In this document: piece after piece, positions 19,745-28,592 of the stretch
Layout: every line of letters begins with the position of its first letter
Position numbering within the stretch: position 1 is the first letter of the stretch
Assembly: GCA_013204585.1 (NCBI GenBank)
Contig: JABMNL010000009.1
Coordinates: forward strand, 22,058 to 86,057
Length of the DNA stretch: 64,000 nucleotides
Source of the DNA: SAR202 cluster bacterium
Lineage (GTDB): Bacteria > Chloroflexota > Dehalococcoidia > Lucifugimonadales > UBA3495
Direction of reading: 5' to 3'
Notes under the pieces: model-generated
What the model was told of the DNA's origin: nothing
The model's input: the letters and a program-made list of their open reading frames with translations, nothing else
Databases searched by the model: none
Made by a program: the position numbers and the translations under genes

Positions 19745-20092
19745 TTAGCTTCCGGCCTTTTTCTCAGCCTGGGCTCTGGCTTCAGCACAGATGATGCATA
19801 TGCACGCCGCCCGCAACACCTTATAGGTGTAAATGCCGGTGTAGTGAGTATCGCTCCATAGGAACTGCACTCCGTAGGCCCCAACGGGCATCTGGTCTAC
19901 CGCTTTCACGTCCTGGGGCACGGTGTCCGGGTCCAATGTCCGCTTTCCGCTCATTTCGTCTACGCAACTGGCGCAGGGACAGCGGAGGCGTAGAAAACGG
20001 TGGGGGAAGGGACTGCGGTGGGCGTCCTCCCACAGAATCACCACGGCATCGTCTTCCAGATTTATGGCGTCGGGCTTAACTATTTGTTCCAT
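19745..20092 (-). CDS. DUF971 protein (gamma-butyrobetaine-hydroxylase N-terminal-like domain)
   Basis: 115 aa. WEDAHRSPFPHRFLRLRCPCASC...FLWSDTHYTGIYTY. Confidence 0.6.
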   Translation of the reverse strand: MEQIVKPDAINLEDDAVVILWEDAHRSPFPHRFLRLRCPCASCVDEMSGKRTLDPDTVPQDVKAVDQMPVGAYGVQFLWSDTHYTGIYTYKVLRAACICIICAEARAQAEKKAGS

Positions 20093-20138
20093 GTGGTTAT
20101 CTTTATTATCTTCAAAGCGGGGTGGCCGCTGAAAGTTC

Positions 20139-21833
20139 TTAGGATTGGGGAGGACCCTGTACCTCGTTCAAACGCGCGGGACGCGGCATTTCATCGGGGT
20201 CGGTGGGTATCTCGATGATGCTGGGCTTGCCGCAATTGAGGGCCTCGGTTAGGGCGTTGCCAATGTCTTCGGGCCGGTCAACGTAGAAACCAGCGCCGCC
20301 GAAGATTTCCGCGTATTTGTCGAATCGGGGATTGGTGACGTCGGCGCCGACGTAACGCTCGTCGAAGGCATAACGTTGGTAGGCCTTCTCCGAACCCCAG
20401 ATGCCGTTGTTCATGATGACGGTAACCAGCGGTAGGTTGTAGTGCACCGCCGTCGAGAACTCCTGGGCGTTGAACAGGAAACCGCCGTCGCCGTTGAAGT
20501 TGACCACTGGCCGGTCGGGCGCAGCGAACTTGGCCCCAATGGCAGCGGGGAAGCTGAACCCCAGACCGCCCAAATCCAGCGAGGTTATCAGGCTTCGGGG
20601 TTCGTAGTAGTTCAGACGGTCCTGCCCATAGTTGGGGGCCAAGCCAGCGTCCAAGGCGATTATGGCGTCACGGGGCATGACCTTTCGCATTTCAGCGTAG
20701 ACCCGTTGGGGTTTAATGGGCGAGTCGGAGAGGTTTCCTTCGTCTCCCAATCGGGAGGCGCGACGGCTAGCCAATGCGCCAATCTCAGTGACCCACTGCT
20801 GGTTGGGTTTTGGCTCTTGCTCGCGAACTTTTTCCAGTAGTCCTTCCATCACCGCTTTGGCGTCGCCTTCGATTCCGACGGCGACGGGATAGTTGCGGCC
20901 AATCTCCTGGGGGTCAATTTCAATCTGGACAATCTTGACGTCTTCGGGGATGAACCGGTTGTCGTAGAAGGTGGTGGACTGGCTGAGGCGGGTGCCCACG
21001 GCCAGGATGACGTCGGCTTGTTGGATGGCTTCAATGGCTTCAAGGGAACCCAATCGACCCAGGTGACCGAGATAGTTGGGGTGGTCGTTGGGGACAGCGT
21101 CGGCCCGGCCATAGGAAGTGACGATTGCTGCGCCGGTCAGTTCGGCCATGCGGCAGACTTCGTCGGCGGCCTCACTCCATTGAACTCCGCCGCCAGCCAC
21201 GATGACCGGGCGCTGGCCTGCGGATACAACCTCAGCAGCTTTGTTAATCAATCGTTGGTCGCCTCTAGAGCGGGTCTGGCCGGGACGATAGGCGTCGGGG
21301 GCCAGCAGGTCCAACTCAATCTCAGCGCCGGGCAGCAAATCCCTGGGGATATCAATCATCACTGGGCCCATCTTGCCGGAGGTGGCGACGCGGAAGGCGT
21401 GGCGCAAGGCTTCGGGCAGCACCTCAATCTTGTTGATTGCGAAGGCTGCCTTGGTGATTGGCTTGAAGAGGGCTACTTGGTCGAACTCCTGGGTGGAGGC
21501 GCGGTTCTGGTGGCTCCGTGAAGCGGAGGGTGCCAGCACTACCACCGGAGAGTGGGCCACAAAGGCTGAGCCGATACCGTAGGTCAGGTTCAAGACTCCG
21601 GGGCCGTTGGTCACCAAACAAACGCTGGGTTTGCCGGAAATTCTGCTGTACCCGTCGGCCATTAGGGCCGCGCCTTGCTCGTGTCGGACTCCGATGAACT
21701 GGATGTCGTCGCGGTCGTAAAGGGGGTCCAAGATGTCCAAGAAGGACGATCCAACAATCCCGAAAATGTGGGATACCCCTTCTTGCCGTAGCATCTCAAT
21801 TACCGCGGTTCCAGCTTTCATCTTCTGCGCCAA
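20139..21833 (-). CDS. Thiamine-diphosphate enzyme of the acetolactate-synthase / oxalyl-CoA-decarboxylase / sulfoacetaldehyde-acetyltransferase superfamily
   Basis: N-terminal Pyr domain (GVSHIFGIVGSSF...RHEQGAALMADGY) and C-terminal PP domain (GDGGFLFN...NNGIWG). The preferred start is TTG 21833 with GGAGGT 7 nt upstream. The track start at 21890 is also possible. Confidence 0.8.
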   Translation of the reverse strand: MAQKMKAGTAVIEMLRQEGVSHIFGIVGSSFLDILDPLYDRDDIQFIGVRHEQGAALMADGYSRISGKPSVCLVTNGPGVLNLTYGIGSAFVAHSPVVVLAPSASRSHQNRASTQEFDQVALFKPITKAAFAINKIEVLPEALRHAFRVATSGKMGPVMIDIPRDLLPGAEIELDLLAPDAYRPGQTRSRGDQRLINKAAEVVSAGQRPVIVAGGGVQWSEAADEVCRMAELTGAAIVTSYGRADAVPNDHPNYLGHLGRLGSLEAIEAIQQADVILAVGTRLSQSTTFYDNRFIPEDVKIVQIEIDPQEIGRNYPVAVGIEGDAKAVMEGLLEKVREQEPKPNQQWVTEIGALASRRASRLGDEGNLSDSPIKPQRVYAEMRKVMPRDAIIALDAGLAPNYGQDRLNYYEPRSLITSLDLGGLGFSFPAAIGAKFAAPDRPVVNFNGDGGFLFNAQEFSTAVHYNLPLVTVIMNNGIWGSEKAYQRYAFDERYVGADVTNPRFDKYAEIFGGAGFYVDRPEDIGNALTEALNCGKPSIIEIPTDPDEMPRPARLNEVQGPPQS

Positions 21834-22002
21834 TCCAGTTACCTCCAATGTCCAGTGGTGTTTCAAGTCAATTGTTAGTGCGGAGCCCATTGCGTCCGCC
21901 TTATTACGTCGAGTCGAAGTTTACCATAATTGAGGGCGAATCCTGCTCAAATTGACTGACTGGCACCTCGACCGTAAAATCGGAGTGCAATACAAATCTA
22001 AG

Positions 22003-22072
22003 AAGTCCCTTCCCTCGCGCCGAGGGAAGGTTAGGTCCGACGAAGTCGAGACTCTCGACGGAGTCGGAGATG
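22003..22072 (+). repeat. 70-bp two-hairpin intergenic element, copy 2
   Basis: Reverse complement of copy 1 with 47/49 identity over the first part and compensatory changes in the last hairpin. Ends 11 nt before the crotonase ATG. Confidence 0.85.
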
Positions 22073-22083
22073 AAGGAGCACCG

Positions 22084-22854
22084 ATGGCTAACGAACACAT
22101 AGTGGTGGAGAACGAAGAAGGCGTGGCAGTAATAACTTTGAACCGTGTCGAGGTTCTCAATGCGATGAACCACCAACTGGACATGGAACTCCACGACGCG
22201 GTGATTGCGGCGAACGCCGACGAAAATATCGGCTGCATCGTAATCACCGGTACCGGTAATAAGGCCTTTTCCGCTGGCGGAGATATTCACGAGCAGCGGG
22301 TCGATGCCAGGGACCGTACCCAAGAGGAGCGGGACGTTCGTTCCGCCGAGCACCAACAATGGATGTACGACATATCCGCTTCGCCCAAGCCGGTCATCGG
22401 CATGATGAACGGTCTGGCCTACGGCGGTGGTGCGGTGCTGGCATCCTGCTTAGACATTCGGGTTGGCTGCGAAAACACCAAGTTTCGGTTCTTGGCTGCG
22501 GCCTACGGTCGGATTAACTGCACCTGGACTTTGACCAACCAAGTGGGCTGGCCCAAGGCCAAGGAATTGCTGTTCACCGCCCGGATTGTAGAAGCCGAGG
22601 AGGCCTATCGCATCGGTCTGCTGAACGACCTGGTGCCTGCCGACCAACTGCGGGCCAAGACCATGGAGATGGCGACCATGATTGCCAAGAACCACCGGAG
22701 TTCGGTAATCGCCATTAAAGGGTTACTGCTCAAAGACATGACCGCCGACCTAAGGGGCATGTGGGAGAACGAAAGGGACTACACCACCAACGTAGCCAGA
22801 GGCTTTGGCGTCGAAGAAGCCTTCCCCGAGTTCCTATCCAGGAAAGGCCGGTAG
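22084..22854 (+). CDS. Enoyl-CoA hydratase/isomerase (crotonase) family protein
   Basis: I trimmed the ORF to ATG 22084, which has AAGGAG upstream. MANEHIVVENEEGVAVITLNR...ITGTGNKAFSAGGDI. Confidence 0.8.
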   Translation: MANEHIVVENEEGVAVITLNRVEVLNAMNHQLDMELHDAVIAANADENIGCIVITGTGNKAFSAGGDIHEQRVDARDRTQEERDVRSAEHQQWMYDISASPKPVIGMMNGLAYGGGAVLASCLDIRVGCENTKFRFLAAAYGRINCTWTLTNQVGWPKAKELLFTARIVEAEEAYRIGLLNDLVPADQLRAKTMEMATMIAKNHRSSVIAIKGLLLKDMTADLRGMWENERDYTTNVARGFGVEEAFPEFLSRKGR

Positions 22855-22904
22855 GGATTCCGTCAGCCGATTTCCAACACAAGAGCAGCTAAATATTCCC
22901 GCGC

Positions 22905-23615
22905 GTGGGACACGATAATGACTTACATGAGCCACCTATGATTCCATGGAAACTGCTGGGCAAAGCGGAAACATCCAAGAACGGGTCTGAGCTTCGACTG
23001 TACCAACGGGACACTGAGTTCTCCATCAAAGCGGACAATCAGGAACTCATGAACAGTCAGGTGCATGGATCGGAAGAAGTTCTGGCCAAACTTGCCTGTG
23101 AGAAGATTTCGGACCGACCGGAAGCCCGGGTGCTGATTGGCGGGCTGGGCCTGGGTTATACCTTGCGGGCGGCCTTAAACGAACTTAAAGCTGACGCGGA
23201 AGTTATCGTTGCTGAGATAGTGCCCGACGTTCTGCAGTGGAACCGTGAATTCCTTGGTCATCTCGCCGATCATCCCCTCGACGACGACCGAGTCACGGTC
23301 CAATTGACCGACGTGGCGCAAATGATCAGGGCTGGCAGGGGTCGCTACAACGCAATCATGCTCGATGTCGACAATGGCCCCCAGGCGATGATGTCTGAGG
23401 GGAACGATTGGATCTATGGCGATAACGGGCTGGAATCATCATTTGCCGCCCTACGGCCAAAAGGCGTGTTGTCCATCTGGTCCACCGACCCCGATGCAGC
23501 ATTTACCAAGCGGCTGCGCAAGACCGGATTCAAAGTCGATGAAGTTAAGGCGCGAGCCCGTGGTGGGCGTAAAGGCGGCGGACACTATTTCGTCTGGGTT
23601 GCCACCCGTACCTAG
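22905..23615 (+). CDS. Spermidine-synthase-like class I SAM-dependent methyltransferase-fold protein
   Basis: 236 aa. VLIGGLGLGYTLRAAL glycine-rich loop and DAIMLDVDNGP-type motif. The start is uncertain (GTG 22905 or ATG 22938). Confidence 0.5.
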   Translation: MGHDNDLHEPPMIPWKLLGKAETSKNGSELRLYQRDTEFSIKADNQELMNSQVHGSEEVLAKLACEKISDRPEARVLIGGLGLGYTLRAALNELKADAEVIVAEIVPDVLQWNREFLGHLADHPLDDDRVTVQLTDVAQMIRAGRGRYNAIMLDVDNGPQAMMSEGNDWIYGDNGLESSFAALRPKGVLSIWSTDPDAAFTKRLRKTGFKVDEVKARARGGRKGGGHYFVWVATRT

Positions 23616-24253
23616 CCGCTGAGAGTCCCCTTGGTGCTGGGGATGGACGAGGGGGCGCGGGGGTCTGGCTCTAGGGCGTCACGCAGGGACCGGGCCAGGG
23701 CTTTGCAGAGCGCCTCGGCTTTGTGGTGGGGGCTGATGCCGGTCATGATTTTGGCGTGCAGGTTTATCTTGCCTTCCAAAGCGAAGGACTCGAAAAAGTG
23801 CTTCACCAACGCGCCGGGCAGCGTCTCCACCATCGTGTCGTCCAAGGTCGTTTCGATAACTGCGTAACCACGGCCACTGCAATCCAGGGACACCATTGCC
23901 AGCGTCTCGTCCAATGGAACCATGGCGTGGCCCATGCGGCGGATGCCCCTGGCATCGCCTAGAGCCTCGTTGAACGCCCGGCCCAGGGTGATGGCCACGT
24001 CTTCCACCAAGTGGTGCCAACCGACGTGAATGTCTCCCTTGGCCTTCAGTGTTATGTCAATTAACCCGTGCCTGGATATCTGGCTGACCATGTGGTCTAG
24101 GAACCCGTTTCCGGTGTCGACGTCATAGACGCCGGTGCCGTCCAGGTTCATGGTTAGTTCGATATCGGTCTCGCCGGTCTTGCGCTCAATGGTTGCCGTT
24201 CGGCCCTTAGCATTGGCTGTCGCCGGTTTTTTAGGCGGCATTATTTCCTCCAC
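23612..24253 (-). CDS. hisB: Imidazoleglycerol-phosphate dehydratase (monofunctional)
   Basis: 213 aa. TGETDIEL, HHLVEDVAITLG and SPHHKAEALCKALARSL motifs. No HAD phosphatase domain. Confidence 0.9.
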   Translation of the reverse strand: MEEIMPPKKPATANAKGRTATIERKTGETDIELTMNLDGTGVYDVDTGNGFLDHMVSQISRHGLIDITLKAKGDIHVGWHHLVEDVAITLGRAFNEALGDARGIRRMGHAMVPLDETLAMVSLDCSGRGYAVIETTLDDTMVETLPGALVKHFFESFALEGKINLHAKIMTGISPHHKAEALCKALARSLRDALEPDPRAPSSIPSTKGTLSG

Positions 24254-25349
24254 ACAACTCCGAGAAAGCCTGCACCACGGCGTCGGTCTCGCTGGGTAGG
24301 CCGATGCTAGTCCTGATGAAGTCCTTCATTCTCCCACTACTCCAGTAGCGCAGGAATATTCCTCTGCTGCATAGCCCGTCAAAAATTGCTTGCCCCTGTC
24401 CTTCCGGTACCTGACAGAGGATAAAGTTGGCCCGCGACGGCCAGGGAGTTAGGTTGGGTATTTTGCCCAACAGCTCCATCATCCGGTCTCGCTCGGCCAC
24501 TATCTGCTTCACTCGAACTAACAGGCCGGGGGTGTCTTCCAACGAGGTAATTAAAGCCACCTCGGCAGCCAGGTTCACGTTGTAGGGCGGTTTCATGGCC
24601 ATCATGGTGGCGGCCAGTTCTGGGTCCATGGCACCCACACCAATTCGCAGTCCAGCCAGTCCGGCCCATTTGCTGAACGTTCGCAGCACCACCAGGTTTT
24701 TGTACTCGGACAGCAGGGGAATGGCCGTCTCGCCGCAGAACTCGAAATAGGCTTCGTCCATCACCACAATCATACCGGTGTCCAATAATGCCCGGGTCTG
24801 GGACTCGGGAACTATGTTGCCGGTGGGGTTGTTGGGCGAGGTCAAAAATATGATCTTGCTCTTGGGCGTAATGGCCGCTTTCATGGCCTCTAGGTCAATC
24901 TCGAAGTTCTCGTCCCGTTCGACGGGTATAGCCTCGCCGCCGCAGATGCCTGCCGAGAACGAATACATGCCGAAGGTTGGCGTCGGGATGATTACGTTAT
25001 CGCCGACACCGACGTACATGCGCAGGAGCAGGTCGATTAGCTCGTCGCTGCCGTTGCCAGCCACAATCATTTCTTGGTCGACGTTCAAATAGCCCGAAAG
25101 CACCCGGCGCAGGCTCCGCTGTCCAGGGTCGGGATAGTAATTGAAATTTTGGTAACTGCCCAAGGCGCCGGCTACTTTGGGCGACGGACCGTAGGGGTTC
25201 TCGTTGCCGTTCAGGCGGATAATTTTGTCGGGAGAAATCCCCGCCCGCTCGGCCATGACCTCCATGGGGTCGACACCCTCGTAGGTATCCAGAGCCTGGA
25301 TGTGGGGCAGCATTGACGGCATGTTTTGGGTTGTCTTACTTTGTGTCAT
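24231..25349 (-). CDS. hisC: Histidinol-phosphate aminotransferase
   Basis: 372 aa. LNGNENPYGPSP and the PLP-lysine region RTFSKWAGLAGLRIG. Confidence 0.9.
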   Translation of the reverse strand: MTQSKTTQNMPSMLPHIQALDTYEGVDPMEVMAERAGISPDKIIRLNGNENPYGPSPKVAGALGSYQNFNYYPDPGQRSLRRVLSGYLNVDQEMIVAGNGSDELIDLLLRMYVGVGDNVIIPTPTFGMYSFSAGICGGEAIPVERDENFEIDLEAMKAAITPKSKIIFLTSPNNPTGNIVPESQTRALLDTGMIVVMDEAYFEFCGETAIPLLSEYKNLVVLRTFSKWAGLAGLRIGVGAMDPELAATMMAMKPPYNVNLAAEVALITSLEDTPGLLVRVKQIVAERDRMMELLGKIPNLTPWPSRANFILCQVPEGQGQAIFDGLCSRGIFLRYWSSGRMKDFIRTSIGLPSETDAVVQAFSELCGGNNAA

Positions 25350-25373
25350 TTCTAAAGCCTAATCAGAAAAGGT

Positions 25374-26714
25374 TTAGGCGCTCTTGGCGATGGAATCCAG
25401 CCGCACCTGAATGGCGCTGGCGTGTCCGGTTAGACCCTCGGCATTCGCGATGTGTACGGCGGCTTTGCCAAGCTTCTGGAACTCAGCGGGGCTGAGGCCG
25501 ACCACCGGCATTGTCCGCAGGAAATGGTGCACGCTGAGGGCGGAGCCGAACCGGGCGGTGCCTCCGGTGGGCATGACGTGGCTGGGTCCTGCGATGTAGT
25601 CGCCCATGACCTCAGGGGAGAACTCACCCAGGAACAGCCCACCAGCGTGCTTAATCTTGTCGGCCCATGACCAGGGGTCATCCAGCAGTAGGCAAAGGTG
25701 TTCCGGCGCTATGTGGTTCACCAGGTCTATTGCTTCTTCCAGGGAATCGACCAACACCACCTTTCCTTGCCGGTCGAGGGCGGCCTTGGCGACATCGCCC
25801 CGAGATTGGGTCAGCAGCATCCGGTCGACCTCGGACTCTACTCGGTTAATCAGGTCTTGGCTATCGGTTATCAAAATCGCGGTGGCCAGGGGGTCATGCT
25901 CTGCCTGGGCAATGAGGTCGGCGGCGCAGAAGCTGGCGTTGGCGGTCTTGTCGGCCAGCACAATGGTCTCAGTGGGGCCGAATACCCCGTCGATGTCGAC
26001 CTGGCCTTGCACCAGTTTCTTGGCGTAGGCCACGAAGACGTTGCCGGGGCCGCAAATCTTGTCTACTTTGGGAATCGACTTGGTGCCATAGGCCATGGCC
26101 GCGATGGCGGGAACGCCGCCCACTTGATAGAGGGCGTCCACACCGGCAATCTCGGCGGCGACGATTACCGCCGGGTTCAGCGCCTCTCCGCGCAATGGTG
26201 GTGTGCAGAGGATAACCTCGCGGACGCCGGCTACCCTGGCAGGAACGGCGGTCATCAACACGGTCGAAGGATAAGCGGCCGTGCCGCCGGGCGCGTAAAG
26301 CCCCACTCGGTCTAGAGGTCGTATCAGTTCGCCGAGGCCCTGTTTTCGGTCTACCCATTCGTTGGGCATGGTGGACTCGTGGAAACTGCGCACTCGTTGG
26401 GCGGCTAATTCCAGGGCTTCATGCAAATCTTTGCTGATGGAATCTCGGGCTTCCTTCATCTGCTTTGCGGTTACCCGGAAATCTTCCAGGTCCGAGCCGT
26501 CCAGAAGCTTGGCGTAGCGCAGCACTGCGGCGTCGCCTTCACGGCGCACGTCACCCAGCATTTGGAGTATCGACTGCTCGGCAGTCACTCCCTTGCCGAA
26601 TGCCTCTTCGGTGCGGGCCAGCACTGACTCGGGCAGCGAGTCCAGGTCTAGCGGGTCGATGCGAACCAGAACGTTCTCGGCGTTCTGGACTCCATGTATT
26701 ACGTTAAGGGGCAA
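25374..26714 (-). CDS. hisD: Histidinol dehydrogenase
   Basis: 446 aa. QAEHDP and AGPSHVMPTGGTARF motifs. TTG start. Confidence 0.9.
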   Translation of the reverse strand: MPLNVIHGVQNAENVLVRIDPLDLDSLPESVLARTEEAFGKGVTAEQSILQMLGDVRREGDAAVLRYAKLLDGSDLEDFRVTAKQMKEARDSISKDLHEALELAAQRVRSFHESTMPNEWVDRKQGLGELIRPLDRVGLYAPGGTAAYPSTVLMTAVPARVAGVREVILCTPPLRGEALNPAVIVAAEIAGVDALYQVGGVPAIAAMAYGTKSIPKVDKICGPGNVFVAYAKKLVQGQVDIDGVFGPTETIVLADKTANASFCAADLIAQAEHDPLATAILITDSQDLINRVESEVDRMLLTQSRGDVAKAALDRQGKVVLVDSLEEAIDLVNHIAPEHLCLLLDDPWSWADKIKHAGGLFLGEFSPEVMGDYIAGPSHVMPTGGTARFGSALSVHHFLRTMPVVGLSPAEFQKLGKAAVHIANAEGLTGHASAIQVRLDSIAKSA

Positions 26715-26763
26715 AAGGTTTCTCCGTTTATTCCGTTGTTAGAAATGTTAGAAATCCCCGGAC

Positions 26764-27522
26764 CTAGTCCAGTACAAATTCCCGGACTTGAGCGATGGTT
26801 GCGGCCAGGGCGCGCTTTTGGTAGGCCGACACTTCACCCTCTGGGACTTTTTCATAGACCTGCTCCAGGCTGCGGGGCATCCCTTCCAGAAAACGGCCTA
26901 CGGTCTTCTGGACATCTTCATCATCACGATACAGCCGGTTCAGGGCACCTTTCAACCGCTCCCAGGTAAATTCCCAGACCTGGAACCGTCCAACGCGGTC
27001 CTTCCACTCTGTGAGCAGCCCGTCTTTAAAGAAGGGCATGGACACGTCGTGCTCTGAGCAGGCCAACCACTTTTCAGGGTGGGTATCGCCGCTAATCTGG
27101 GGCAAGGCCTGCCGGTCCAAGTCCAGTTGCATCGCCCGGTCCCAGATGTTGGCTTCGACTTGGTTGTCGGTTAATCGACTTTCTTCTTGGGAGGTGTCGA
27201 AGTGGGGGCGGAATACGCTGGTAATCCAGACCTCATCCGCCGCCAGGTGGCATACGTAGCCAGCCAGAAAGGCCCGAGAGGCGGGCGACATAGCCTCACT
27301 TAATTCGGGATGCATCTGGAACATAGTCCTGGTGCCAGTGCCGACCTCCTCCACCGAAAGGGGGGCAAAGTGGGTCTGCTCCCTGGGCATTTTGGTCATG
27401 GCCCTGATGTCTGGGGCGGTGGAACCAAGGAAGAAGCTACCCAGGTGGTCGAAGACGTAGCTTCGGTCCAGCTGCTCGGCAACCGCGTTGGCCAGGTGTA
27501 TGTGCATTGGTAGATTTGGCAT
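26764..27522 (-). CDS. Zinc-dependent phospholipase-C-like metal hydrolase family protein, function unknown
   Basis: 252 aa. MHIHLA...GSTAPDI...THF...CHLAADE pattern of His/Asp metal ligands. Embedded between hisG and hisD. Confidence 0.45.
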   Translation of the reverse strand: MPNLPMHIHLANAVAEQLDRSYVFDHLGSFFLGSTAPDIRAMTKMPREQTHFAPLSVEEVGTGTRTMFQMHPELSEAMSPASRAFLAGYVCHLAADEVWITSVFRPHFDTSQEESRLTDNQVEANIWDRAMQLDLDRQALPQISGDTHPEKWLACSEHDVSMPFFKDGLLTEWKDRVGRFQVWEFTWERLKGALNRLYRDDEDVQKTVGRFLEGMPRSLEQVYEKVPEGEVSAYQKRALAATIAQVREFVLD

Positions 27523-27552
27523 TATCTTGAAAGGGTCTCGCTCCCTTTAGGT

Positions 27553-28584
27553 CTAGGTGGTCCGATCATCTCCGAAAAGAGCTGTGTAGGTCTTGGAGTG
27601 ACCATTGAAGAGGTAACTCAACTGGGAAGCGGCCACGTCGATGGCGCCGCAGCCGCGCAGGTGGTCGACGGCTTCCAGCAGTTGGGCCTTCTTGATTAGC
27701 AGGCTCACGTTGTACCAGTCCTGCTCCTGGACGTTGTAGACCCTGGCGACGGTGGGGCCACGTAATCCGGCCAGGTCGGGACGGGCCAGCACCGTAGAGC
27801 TGACGTCTTCTGGTGAAGTCCCGCGTACGTTGGCAGTGACTCGGTAGTACGGCTCAGCCCTCAGATGGCCTTCCATTAAGTCGATGATGGAACGGGCCAA
27901 AGCCAGGGCTTTTCGGGACGCTGAAAGCGATGTTGGATTGGCGATTAAACACGCCTGGGAGGCCAATATTGTGCCTTCGTCCAGGGTCTTGAGTTCGTTC
28001 TCCCGCAGCGTAACTCCGGTTGCGGTTAGGTCAGCAATCAGGTCAGCGTAACCGGCGGCGGGGGCAGCCTCCATGGCTCCACTGGCGGGAACCAGGGTAA
28101 AGTAGTTGATGCCCCGCTCGTACAGGTAACTACGCAGCAGGCGGGGATACTTGGTGGCGATGCGGAGTTGTTTGCCTTCTTGTCTGAACTCCAAGGCCAG
28201 GTCGGCCAAGTCGGACAACGACGTTACGTCCATCCAAGAATTTGGCACGGCCATGACGAACTCACACCGGCCAAACTTTAGGTCTTCAATCAGCACCGCC
28301 GCCCGCGATTCGTCGTTGCGGTATTCCAGAACTCGGTCCAGGCCCGTCACGCCCAATTCCGCGCTGCCTTCTTCCACCTTCTGAGTAACGTCGCCGGAGC
28401 GCTGAAACAGCACCTCAACTCCGGGGATGGCGGGAACCGAGCCGGTATAGCGACGGGCGTTGGGTCGGGAGACTGGCATGCCGCAGGCCCTCATGAAACT
28501 GAGGGTCGAGTCGTACAATTCGCCGTCGCTGGGCAGAACTATGCGCAGCGGGCTCTGTCCGTTATTTTGGTCTTGGTTGGTCAA
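27553..28584 (-). CDS. hisG: ATP phosphoribosyltransferase, long form with C-terminal regulatory domain
   Basis: 343 aa. Catalytic core (LRIVLPSDGELYD...DLTATGVTLRENEL) plus a HisG_C-like tail (GLRGPTVARVYN..WYNVSLLI...LRGCGAIDVAASQLSYLF). TTG start. Confidence 0.85.
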   Translation of the reverse strand: MTNQDQNNGQSPLRIVLPSDGELYDSTLSFMRACGMPVSRPNARRYTGSVPAIPGVEVLFQRSGDVTQKVEEGSAELGVTGLDRVLEYRNDESRAAVLIEDLKFGRCEFVMAVPNSWMDVTSLSDLADLALEFRQEGKQLRIATKYPRLLRSYLYERGINYFTLVPASGAMEAAPAAGYADLIADLTATGVTLRENELKTLDEGTILASQACLIANPTSLSASRKALALARSIIDLMEGHLRAEPYYRVTANVRGTSPEDVSSTVLARPDLAGLRGPTVARVYNVQEQDWYNVSLLIKKAQLLEAVDHLRGCGAIDVAASQLSYLFNGHSKTYTALFGDDRTT

Positions 28585-28592
28585 AGTTCTGC

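Noticed and set aside
23612-23615. The convergent genes (methyltransferase-fold gene and hisB) share overlapping stop codons within the palindrome CTAG.
   Set aside because: It is real but trivial. No terminator can fit between them, and there is no further implication I can support.
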